Shown here: one piece after another, positions 47,517 to 55,894 of the stretch
Position numbering within the stretch: the first letter of the stretch is position 1
How the letters are laid out: every line of letters begins with the position of its first letter
Origin: Candidatus Giovannonibacteria bacterium RIFOXYD1_FULL_48_21
GTDB lineage: Bacteria > Patescibacteriota > Minisyncoccia > JACPKW01 > UBA11713
Direction: 5' to 3'
DNA: 64,000 nt
NCBI GenBank assembly: GCA_001778985.1
Contig: MFIU01000001.1
Location: forward strand, 190,934 to 254,933
Program-made: the position numbers and the translations under genes
The notes under the pieces: model-generated
Told to the model about the DNA's origin: nothing
Database searches by the model: none
What the model saw: the letters and a program-made list of their open reading frames with translations, nothing else

Positions 47517-49235
47517 GTGGTTGAGTTTATGAATCAAGAGACTAAAATTTGTCAAAATTGTAAAAGCGAATTCGTAATAGAACCCGAGGATTTCAAGTTC
47601 TACGAAAAAATGCAGGTGCCTCCGCCGACATTTTGTCCGGAGTGCAGGTTTCAGCGGAGGTTGATGTTTAGAAACGAACGGAGTTTATACAAACGAAAAT
47701 GTGATTTGTGCGGGAAAGAAATTATAACCGCTTATTCTCCGGATAAACCCTACAAAGTTTATTGCAATCCCTGCTGGTGGTCTGATAATTGGGACGTTTT
47801 AGGATATGGGCAGGAGTATAACCCCTCTAGAACTTTTTTCGAACAATTTCGCGCCCTTCAGTTTAAGGTGCCCTATCCAAATCTTATAATGGATCATCCC
47901 ACCTTGATAAATAGCGAATATACCAATCATAGTGGCCATCTGAAGAATTGTTATTTAATCTATAACGCAGATATCTGTGAAAATGTTCATTATGCAGAGA
48001 TTTTAGCAAATGATAAAGATAGTATGGATTCGACCATGCTTGGCGAGTCCGAACTCTGCTATCAAAATATAAATTGCGGACATTGTTATAAAACTTTTTT
48101 CTCGGAAGACTGCAACGATTGTGTAGAAGTGTATTTTTCAAAGGCCTGCATTGGATGTAGTAAATGTTTTGGCTGCATCAACTTAAGGAACAAGCAATAC
48201 CATATTTTTAACAAGCCCTACACTAAAGAAGAATATGAACAAAAACTGAAAGAATTTCTGCTCGATTCTCATACGGGTATCGAGAATCTGAAAAAGGAAG
48301 CAATTAAGTTCTGGCAGTCCATCCCTCATAAATTTATGCATGAGCGTCACAACGTGAATGTTTCGGGAGATTATGTTTTTGTTTCCAAAAATGCGAAGGA
48401 TATGTATCAGGTCCGCGGCATAGAAGATGGCAAGTACTGCCAATGGATTACTACGCAACCAGTGAAAGATGTTTATGATTATACAGAATGGGGGAATAAT
48501 GCCCAAAGGATTTATGAATGCATAACGGTTGGGGAATTTGTTGATAATGTGAAGTTTTCCTACTTCGGCGCCTTTAAACATTCTATGAATGTGGAATATT
48601 CAAGCGGTTGTATTTCATCTTCTGATATATTTGGGTGTATTGGAGTTCGGAAAAAGCAGTACTGTATTTTAAATAAGCAGTATACGAAGGAGGGTTATAT
48701 AAAATTGCGTGAACGGATTATTAAAGATATGGACGAGAGACCTTATGTAGATTCAAAGGGGCGAGTATTCAAATACGGAGAATTTTTTCCGTATGATTTA
48801 AGTTTATTTGATTATAACGAGTCTAGCGCCGATCAATATTTCTATCCCTTGTCCAAAGAGAAGGTTTTGGAAAGAGGATGGCGGTGGTATGAGGGGAAGC
48901 CGGGGGAGTATAAAATTACGATGAAGAAAGAGGATATTCCGGACAGCATTAATGATGTTCAAGATAGCATTGTGGACGAAGTTATAGAATGCGCGGAGTG
49001 CCAGAGGCCATATCGCATTATTGATAGGGAACTAGCTTTGCTGAGGCGCTTTGGCCTGCCAATTCCCAGAAAATGCCCGAACTGCCGCCACAAGGAACGC
49101 TTAACTAGGATAAACCCGCCACGTTTATGGGACAGAAAATGCGACCGTTGCGGCGCTGATATTAAAACCAGTTATGCTCCCGAGCGTCCCGAAAAGATTT
49201 ATTGCGCGAAATGTTATCAAGAGGAATTTGTATGA
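47517..49235 (+). CDS. Large Cys-rich protein: duplicated double zinc-ribbon modules at both termini and internal Cys-containing repeats; function unknown
   Basis: N-terminus FCPECRFQRRL...KCDLCGKEI..YSPDKPYKVYCNPCWW parallels C-terminus KCPNCRHKERL...KCDRCGADI..YAPERPEKIYCAKCYQ; internal repeats FGCINLRNKQYHIFNKPYTKEEY / FGCIGVRKKQYCILNKQYTKEGY. Confidence 0.5.
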   Translation: MVEFMNQETKICQNCKSEFVIEPEDFKFYEKMQVPPPTFCPECRFQRRLMFRNERSLYKRKCDLCGKEIITAYSPDKPYKVYCNPCWWSDNWDVLGYGQEYNPSRTFFEQFRALQFKVPYPNLIMDHPTLINSEYTNHSGHLKNCYLIYNADICENVHYAEILANDKDSMDSTMLGESELCYQNINCGHCYKTFFSEDCNDCVEVYFSKACIGCSKCFGCINLRNKQYHIFNKPYTKEEYEQKLKEFLLDSHTGIENLKKEAIKFWQSIPHKFMHERHNVNVSGDYVFVSKNAKDMYQVRGIEDGKYCQWITTQPVKDVYDYTEWGNNAQRIYECITVGEFVDNVKFSYFGAFKHSMNVEYSSGCISSSDIFGCIGVRKKQYCILNKQYTKEGYIKLRERIIKDMDERPYVDSKGRVFKYGEFFPYDLSLFDYNESSADQYFYPLSKEKVLERGWRWYEGKPGEYKITMKKEDIPDSINDVQDSIVDEVIECAECQRPYRIIDRELALLRRFGLPIPRKCPNCRHKERLTRINPPRLWDRKCDRCGADIKTSYAPERPEKIYCAKCYQEEFV

Positions 49236-49522
49236 TTACCCCAGAAGACATAAAAAAATTAGCCGAATTGGCGAGGATTCATTTGACGGAAAAAGAAGAA
49301 AAAAGTTTGGAGAAAGACCTCAAGAGCATCTTGAGCTATGTGGAGAAGTTGAAGGAGGTGGATGTTTCCGGGGTTCACGAAATGACGCACGCGGTCGCGG
49401 CTAAAAATGTGTTTCGCGGGGACGAACCAGGGGAAGAGGACGATGGAACTTTGCTTACCGAACAATTTCCGGAAGAAGAGAGGGGTTATTTAAAAGTTAA
49501 AGGAGTTTTCGAACGTGATTAA
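49232..49522 (+). CDS. gatC: Asp/Glu-tRNA amidotransferase subunit C
   Basis: Typical GatC (ITPEDIKKLAELARI...). The ATG overlaps the upstream stop (ATGA); the track ORF starts earlier, at 49202. Confidence 0.8.
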   Translation: MITPEDIKKLAELARIHLTEKEEKSLEKDLKSILSYVEKLKEVDVSGVHEMTHAVAAKNVFRGDEPGEEDDGTLLTEQFPEEERGYLKVKGVFERD

Positions 49523-50903
49523 AGAGACGATAGCAAAACTTGAGAAGGGAGAAATTTCCGCAAGAGAATTAGTTTCGGGATATTTAGACACAATCAAGAA
49601 AAAAGACCCGAGTTTGAACGCCTATCGGGAAGTATTTGACGACGCGATGGAAGAAGCTGAAAAAATTGATTTGAAGATAAAACACGGCGATACGCCTCGT
49701 CCGCTCGAGGGCATTCCTTTCGCGATTAAGGACAATATCTTAATCAAAGGTAAAATGGCTGGGGCGGCCTCGAAAATTCTGGAAGGATATACCGCGAGTT
49801 ACGACGCGGCTTGCATAAAGAAACTTCGCGAGGCTGGCGCGATTTTTCTCGGCAGAACAAACATGGATGAATTCGCGATGGGCTCTTCCACTGAAAACTC
49901 CGCCTACGGCGCGACCAAAAATCCTCACGATGAATCTCGCGTTCCGGGCGGCTCTTCGGGCGGCTCGGCTGTGGCTGTGGCGGCGGATATGGCCATGGCC
50001 GCTTTAGGTTCTGACACCGGCGGCTCTATCCGCCAGCCCGCGGCTTTTTGCGGCGTGGTCGGCTTAAAGCCGACTTACGGCGCGGTTTCGCGCTCCGGAC
50101 TGATTGCCATGGCTTCATCTTTGGACCAGATCGGACCGATTGCCAAGACCGTAGCTGATGCCGAGGTGGTTTTCGAAGCAATAAAAGGAAGTGACCTTCG
50201 CGACGCTACTTCTGTCCAAAATCCAAAATCCAAGTCCCAAGTTCCAAAAGTAATAGGAATACCCAAAGAGTATTTTTTGAAAGAAGGAATGGACGCCGAA
50301 GTTTTAAAGAAAGTTGAAGAAGCCATTGAATTTCTGAAAGAAAAAGGATTTGAAATCAAAGAAGTTTCTTTGCCCTATACCCAATACGCCCTCGCGGCCT
50401 ATTACATAGTGATGCCGGCCGAAGTTTCGGCGAACCTCGCTCGTTTTGACGGGATGCGCTACGGGCCTCGCGCGGAAGAAAAAAATCTTTTCGGGGTTTA
50501 CGCGAAAACACGCGAGAAGGGATTTGGTCCGGAAGTGAGGCGCCGGATTGTTCTGGGGACTTATGTTTTGTCCGCCGGATATTACGACGCTTATTACGGA
50601 CGCGCGCAGAAAGTGAGATATTTAATCCGCAAAGATTTTGAAAATGAATTTAAAAACGTGGATGTGATTTTAACGCCCACCGCTCCAACTTTACCTTTCA
50701 AAATCGGAGAAAAAACAAAAGACCCCCTTTCAATGTATCTTGAAGATATTTTCACCGTTCCCGCGAACCTTGCCGGAGTTCCGGCAATGTCCGTGCCGTT
50801 CGGTGAAGCAAGAGGCCTGCCCGTCGGCATTCAGCTCATTGCCCCGTGGTTTGAAGAGCGGCGGCTTTTTGAAGTTGGAAAAGTTTTGGAGAACGTGCTA
50901 TAG
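49515..50903 (+). CDS. gatA: Glutamyl-tRNA(Gln) amidotransferase subunit A
   Basis: Amidase signature (GGSSGGSAVAVAA), Ser-cisSer-Lys triad region. Confidence 0.93.
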   Translation: MIKETIAKLEKGEISARELVSGYLDTIKKKDPSLNAYREVFDDAMEEAEKIDLKIKHGDTPRPLEGIPFAIKDNILIKGKMAGAASKILEGYTASYDAACIKKLREAGAIFLGRTNMDEFAMGSSTENSAYGATKNPHDESRVPGGSSGGSAVAVAADMAMAALGSDTGGSIRQPAAFCGVVGLKPTYGAVSRSGLIAMASSLDQIGPIAKTVADAEVVFEAIKGSDLRDATSVQNPKSKSQVPKVIGIPKEYFLKEGMDAEVLKKVEEAIEFLKEKGFEIKEVSLPYTQYALAAYYIVMPAEVSANLARFDGMRYGPRAEEKNLFGVYAKTREKGFGPEVRRRIVLGTYVLSAGYYDAYYGRAQKVRYLIRKDFENEFKNVDVILTPTAPTLPFKIGEKTKDPLSMYLEDIFTVPANLAGVPAMSVPFGEARGLPVGIQLIAPWFEERRLFEVGKVLENVL

Positions 50904-50941
50904 TAATCCCGAATCAAAAACTCGGAAGGAGGTATTAAAAA

Positions 50942-51964
50942 ATGAGATATATGCCTGCGGAGTGGGAGGAACACAGGGCGACATGGCTCGCCTGGCCGCA
51001 CAACAAGGAGCACTGGCCAGGGATGGATTTGGAACGGATTTGGCTCACTTATGTCAGAATAATTCAGCTTTTAATCTCGTCGGGAGAGAAAGTGGGCGTT
51101 CTGGCGGATGACGCCTTGATGCAGGAACAGGCTAGGTCATTCCTCTGGAAGAGGGATGTGCCGATTGACAGCGAGATAATCCAGTTCGTCCACATTCCCA
51201 CGAACTCCTCGTGGGTCCGTGACTGGGGCCCGATTTTTGTTAGAACCATCCATGGAATTTGGGCCACAGATTGGAGGTTTAACGGGTGGGGCGGAGAATA
51301 CCCGCCGTGGGAAAAGGACGATGCAGCGCCGACAAAAATAGCCGAGGATTTAAAAATCCCCTGCCTTGATATTAGCGACATTTGCCTTGAAGGGGGCGCT
51401 ATTGAAGTCAATGGCGAGGGCACTCTTCTTACTGTGGAGGGTTGCCTAAATCATAAAAAGCGAAACCCCCGGTTAGAAAAAGAGAATCTGGAATATCTCT
51501 TTAGGGATGAGCTTGGTGTCACCAACGTTATCTGGCTTCCCCGTAAAATCGCGTCTGATCACACTGGGCACGTGGATAATATCGCCCGGTTCGTTTATAC
51601 AAACGTCATTCTTTGCGCTCTGGAGGATGACCGCCGCGATGAGAATTACGAAGCGCTTCGGGAGAATTTTCTGGCGCTTGAACGTGCTCGCGACGCGAAA
51701 GGGGAACGTTTAGTGGTTTTGCCGCTGCCCATGCCCGAGCCTGTGTATTACGAAAAGGAGCGTCTGCCCGCGAGCTACGCGAATTTTTACATCGCGAACC
51801 GCGCGGTGCTTGTTCCTACTTTTAACTGCAGTCGGGACGAGAAAGCGCTGAAGTTGATTGAGGAGTTTTTCCCTCGCCGCAGGGTTGTCGGCATTGACTG
51901 CCGCGACCTTCTCTGGGGTATGGGGACAATCCATTGCTCCGCGATGCAGCAGCCCGTAGCGTAG
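50942..51964 (+). CDS. aguA: Agmatine deiminase (porphyranase-type PAD superfamily)
   Basis: MPAEWE.H..TW..WPH N-terminus and C-terminal GGG.IHC (here GMGTIHCSAMQQP). Confidence 0.8.
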   Translation: MRYMPAEWEEHRATWLAWPHNKEHWPGMDLERIWLTYVRIIQLLISSGEKVGVLADDALMQEQARSFLWKRDVPIDSEIIQFVHIPTNSSWVRDWGPIFVRTIHGIWATDWRFNGWGGEYPPWEKDDAAPTKIAEDLKIPCLDISDICLEGGAIEVNGEGTLLTVEGCLNHKKRNPRLEKENLEYLFRDELGVTNVIWLPRKIASDHTGHVDNIARFVYTNVILCALEDDRRDENYEALRENFLALERARDAKGERLVVLPLPMPEPVYYEKERLPASYANFYIANRAVLVPTFNCSRDEKALKLIEEFFPRRRVVGIDCRDLLWGMGTIHCSAMQQPVA

Positions 51965-52059
51965 CGCCAGCTTGGATAGGCCGTTGCGCTTCTTGTTCTA
52001 AAAAAGGGAACCCCGATGGTCACACCTGACCGTCGGGGCCTTTTGTTTCTTGCCTCCTT

Positions 52060-53517
52060 TTATATTGTCTCCATTACATACTTCACCAGAAACGGCCAAG
52101 CTATGGTCGCGTCCGCCTTTATTTCAGCGGTTTTGGCATCCGGCTCGAATTTTCTCCAGGAGATGTTTTCTGAATATTTGCATCCCCCCAGGCTACCGAT
52201 ATGTTCAGGGTCCGGACATATCCGCACACCCATCGAGTACATCACCTCCGGCAGGCTTCTCCCTGTATGGATTTTCTCGATTTCTATCAGCGGCGCTATG
52301 TTTTGGACATTATTTCTGGGCCCGCCTCCGCCGATCGTGAAGATCGCCAGCTTCTTCCCGTTCCTTTTTGCCTCGAGAACGAAGTTTCGGAGAAAAAGCG
52401 TGGAGTGCTCCGCGTTCATAATCAGCCGCTCGAGTCCTTTTTCCTCTCTGTTTTGATTGTGAACGAAGAAATCATTGAACATCTCCGAGTTGGTCATGTC
52501 GGGGATATCTACTGGGATACCCTTTTCATAGGCGGATTTAAGAATGGCGCGCTGTTCCTTAAAATGCTCCGTTAAATATTCTCCGATCATGCGATTGAGC
52601 TCAATCCAGCCGATGTGTTTTAAACCATCGAGGTTTATTATAACTTCCCGGAAAATTTTCTCGACGTGGTCGAGATTGGTTTCCGGTTCGATGAGATCAG
52701 TAATGCGGTTGAGCTTAAGCGCGGCCAGAAGTTTGTCGGACATTTTTGGGTCGTGCTTAAAATGCTTAAGCCCCATACCTTCAACTAAGCCGTGCGCCTG
52801 GATGGCCCCGGTCGATGAGATAAAATCGACCATGCCAAAATCAATCATGTCGCAGATTACTAACCCCATTTTGGCCGGAGTCATCGCTCCCGATAGAGTA
52901 AGGATTGTTTTATATTCCGGATCGCGGAACATAATTCCGGCAAGCCGCGCGCCTTCTTTCATCGAGGCGCCGATTTCTCCGAAACTTCCTAAAAATTTTA
53001 TCAGAGAGGCGACGCCCGAAGTTTCCCCATCTAGGTATTCTTTCAAAGTCAGGTAAAGAATGGGAATGACCAAATATGGGTCTGCGAAAATCACGTCAGG
53101 GTAGTATCCGGTCTGCGTTTGCTTCGGCTTTGCTTTTTCAAACTGGTTGATGAAGATTGCCCGGTCCGGTTTCTTGAAGATGGCGTCTTCGTACCGCTCC
53201 GAGAAATATCCCACCACTACCGCGGTCCCGCCTTGATAGGGGGCCACGGCGTATCTTTCCGGAGTAATTAGGTCGCAAAACCATTTTTTATCAACCATTT
53301 CCTGTAAAAGTCTGCCCAGGGGACTTTCCGGCTTGCCGTCATAGATCAAAAACGGTTTAAGCGATTTTCGGCATTCTCCCGTGAGCGTATGCGCCACCTC
53401 GCCGAGCATTCTTGCGCCGAAGGAGCAAAAACGCATGCCTTCCACGACGATTTCGCCGACGGTTTGATGCTTTCGCAAATCCAGAGGTATCAGTTCTTCC
53501 AGCTTCAAGTTTTTCAT
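52060..53517 (-). CDS. Deoxyhypusine synthase family protein (possible homospermidine-synthase-like role), with an N-terminal extension of about 95 aa
   Basis: TLSGAMTPAKMGLVICDMIDFGMVDFISSTGA, IFTIGGGGPRNNV and ISWRKFEPDAKTAEIKADATIAWPFLV align with DHS conserved blocks. Confidence 0.55.
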   Translation of the reverse strand: MKNLKLEELIPLDLRKHQTVGEIVVEGMRFCSFGARMLGEVAHTLTGECRKSLKPFLIYDGKPESPLGRLLQEMVDKKWFCDLITPERYAVAPYQGGTAVVVGYFSERYEDAIFKKPDRAIFINQFEKAKPKQTQTGYYPDVIFADPYLVIPILYLTLKEYLDGETSGVASLIKFLGSFGEIGASMKEGARLAGIMFRDPEYKTILTLSGAMTPAKMGLVICDMIDFGMVDFISSTGAIQAHGLVEGMGLKHFKHDPKMSDKLLAALKLNRITDLIEPETNLDHVEKIFREVIINLDGLKHIGWIELNRMIGEYLTEHFKEQRAILKSAYEKGIPVDIPDMTNSEMFNDFFVHNQNREEKGLERLIMNAEHSTLFLRNFVLEAKRNGKKLAIFTIGGGGPRNNVQNIAPLIEIEKIHTGRSLPEVMYSMGVRICPDPEHIGSLGGCKYSENISWRKFEPDAKTAEIKADATIAWPFLVKYVMETI

Positions 53518-53693
53518 CGCTCTCTCCTTCCAAGTTAAAGAATTTTTTCTATAGTAGCATATTTTATAAAAGATAAAGACCCCTAATAAAAAGTATAATT
53601 ATTTTTCTTCCTCGAGGACTTGTTTCAGAAGCTCCGCAGTTGTAGCACATACAACTTGATTTTATTTATTTTGAGTTTACAATGCAATATATC

Positions 53694-53766
53694 GCGGGGT
53701 GGAGGAGTAGTACCTCGGGGGGCTCATAACCCCCAGGCGCCGGTGCAATTCCGGCCCCCGCAACAA
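53694..53766 (+). tRNA. Initiator tRNA-fMet(CAU)
   Basis: C1xA72 mismatch, anticodon stem GGGGG/CCCCC with loop CTCATAA; near-identical to the E. coli tRNA-fMet acceptor and anticodon arms. Confidence 0.8.
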
Positions 53767-53771
53767 AATTG

Positions 53772-53843
53772 GCCGGCGTAGCTCAGTGGCAGAGCGAGGG
53801 ACTCATAAGCCCTAGGCCGCAGGTTCAATCCCTGCCGCCGGCA
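53772..53843 (+). tRNA. tRNA with CAU anticodon (elongator Met or Ile2-lysidine type)
   Basis: Cloverleaf: acceptor GCCGGCG/CGCCGGC, loop CTCATAA, T-loop TTCAATC; A31.G39 mismatch. Confidence 0.7.
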
Positions 53844-53933
53844 CACTTCGACTCACTGTGTTCGCTCAGTGTAAACTTTTAAATAAGAGAGTCGAAGTGC
53901 CCTGAGCCTGTCGAAGGGCAACAAGTTTTATTT

Positions 53934-54011
53934 GCGGGCGTGGTGTAGCCTGGTTAACACGCCTCCCTGTCACGGAGGAGATCGTGGGTTCAAATCCCAT
54001 CGCCCGCGCCA
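53934..54011 (+). tRNA. tRNA-Asp(GUC) with encoded CCA
   Basis: Cloverleaf: acceptor GCGGGCG/CGCCCGC, anticodon stem CCTCC/GGAGG, loop CTGTCAC, T-loop TTCAAAT. Confidence 0.85.
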
Positions 54012-54022
54012 AGATTCAAACC

Positions 54023-55339
54023 CTATTCCATGTATAAACTTACAAAGGATGATTCGCTGGAAGTAGCGGTGTTTCCGGCGGCGTCAGCAGAGGTCACGAG
54101 GAAGTAATAAGTAGTGCTCGCGGTCAATCCCGATAGCGCGACGCTGTGGCTCGTCACTAGACTTGTTGAACCGGTATGCGGCGTTGTGCTTGCGATCGCG
54201 AGAGGAGTCGCGGTTGAGTACCATACTTGAGAGTCTGCGGCCTCGTTAGTGCTCCATGTGACCACAGCCGAGGTTGAAGAAGCGTTCACGCTGAGATTGG
54301 AGATAATGGGCGCGTCATCATCATCGTCATCGTCACGGTTAAAGATTCTATCGAAGCGTTCCCGCAGACGTTCGCGAAGAGATTCTTCTCTTTCGCGAAT
54401 CCTCTCTTTCTGTTCTTCAAGCCGTTCCTCGAGTCGGTCAAAACGTTCTTTCAGCTCTTCCTCTTTGCGCTCAAATTTTTCTTCAAAACGCTTTTCCAAA
54501 TCTTCCTCGTGGTCGTCATCTCTGTCTGGGGGAGTCGTGGTCGCATTATTCTCGTGCTTGATTTCAAATTTAAATTTGCCCTTTAGCTCTTTGCCCGAAG
54601 CTTCGATTGCGATTTTCAAGCCATTATCGTTTTGTTTGATGTTCGCCCTGAACTTGTCGAGCCGGGCAATATGATTTTCCGCAAGTTCGGTGAGCTCTGC
54701 GATAAGGGAGTCAATCGCGCGAACGGCCGAAGCGTTTCCTTTCGCTTCGAGCTCGGCTCTGGTCGCGCGAAGTTTTTCCAGCGCAACTTCCAGAGCTTGT
54801 CGTGCCTGTTCGATGCCCCTTGCGCTTATTTTGCCGTTCACTGCGCTGGGAGTGGAAGTTGAGGTTGGATGTGTTGAAGTGGCTCCGTTTGTCGGCGGGC
54901 TTGATGTCGCACTGACGCCAGCATTCGCGCTTACAAAAATACTCACCGCAACCCTGGCTTCATCGACGCGCTCCTGGGCGAACCTCAAACGGAGTTCGTC
55001 CTTTTTGGTATCGCTGGCGAGAACAATCCGAATTCGCTCGGAGGCGAGGTCGAGCGGAAAGAGAAAATCGCCGGGTTTCGCGCTGTCAGCCGCCGCCGCC
55101 GCCGCCGTGGCCAGAGAACTTCCCAGAAGAATAACCACGGCGGCAAGCGCCATGGCCCTTCGCTTCGCGAAAATATCGAAGAGGGGAAAGCTATAGCCGC
55201 TAAACTCTTTTTGCTTTTCGAGAGCGATTCTTTGCCGGATGAACGACCACGCCTTCGTTTTTTCTTCTGGGGTTAGCGGTTTCGGGCTCATATTTTTAAG
55301 CTTGGTCTCAATATCGAATTGATTAAATTGCTTCTCCAT
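54023..55339 (-). CDS. Putative anti-sigma factor / membrane protein with coiled-coil, poly-Asp tract and C-terminal fibronectin-III-like domain
   Basis: Overlaps and follows the ECF sigma gene; single TM (AMALAAVVILL); Arg/Glu-rich coiled region; DDDDDDD; C-terminal W..Y...YYF FN3-like pattern. Confidence 0.45.
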   Translation of the reverse strand: MEKQFNQFDIETKLKNMSPKPLTPEEKTKAWSFIRQRIALEKQKEFSGYSFPLFDIFAKRRAMALAAVVILLGSSLATAAAAAADSAKPGDFLFPLDLASERIRIVLASDTKKDELRLRFAQERVDEARVAVSIFVSANAGVSATSSPPTNGATSTHPTSTSTPSAVNGKISARGIEQARQALEVALEKLRATRAELEAKGNASAVRAIDSLIAELTELAENHIARLDKFRANIKQNDNGLKIAIEASGKELKGKFKFEIKHENNATTTPPDRDDDHEEDLEKRFEEKFERKEEELKERFDRLEERLEEQKERIREREESLRERLRERFDRIFNRDDDDDDDAPIISNLSVNASSTSAVVTWSTNEAADSQVWYSTATPLAIASTTPHTGSTSLVTSHSVALSGLTASTTYYFLVTSADAAGNTATSSESSFVSLYME

Positions 55340-55841
55340 GTTGTTCCATTAACGTTTGTAATTTTTTTATGGCGCGGTGGTGCCAGACCTTGGCTCGGCC
55401 TTCCCGGATGTTGAGCACCGAGGCGATTTCGGCGAAAGTGAGTCCGGACCAGTAGCGCAATTTTAGAAGTTCTTGATACTTTTCCGCCAGCATATTTATG
55501 TGTTTTGTCAGATAACGGTAGTCGTTTGTCTCCATTTCATAGCTCGCGCCGGGGAGATTTTCGTCCAAGGGGATGGTTTCGCGTTTGGATTGATAATAAT
55601 GGTAGAGCTTCCGCTTCGCGATGGAAAAGATAAATCCGGAAAAGGCCTCGTCGGAGCGGAACTCGAACGTTCCGAGTTCCTTCCAGAGGTCGATGAAGAT
55701 TTCCTGCGCGAGGTCGAGGGCGTCTTCGCGGGCGGACGTTCTGGAAAGAAGGTATAAAAAGAGCTTCGACGAAAAACTCTCAAAGATTTCCCGAAAAGCT
55801 TGGACGTCTCCGGTTTTCGCTTTTTGAACTAACGTTTCCAA
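55323..55841 (-). CDS. ECF-type RNA polymerase sigma-70 factor
   Basis: Region 2 (DLAQEIFIDLW) and region 4 HTH (LTFAEIASVLNIREGRAKVWHHRAIKKL). Confidence 0.8.
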   Translation of the reverse strand: METLVQKAKTGDVQAFREIFESFSSKLFLYLLSRTSAREDALDLAQEIFIDLWKELGTFEFRSDEAFSGFIFSIAKRKLYHYYQSKRETIPLDENLPGASYEMETNDYRYLTKHINMLAEKYQELLKLRYWSGLTFAEIASVLNIREGRAKVWHHRAIKKLQTLMEQHGEAI

Positions 55842-55894
55842 GTTAATGCCGGCTACTCCAATAATATGTAACTTTATATCAAAAAGGTTACAGT

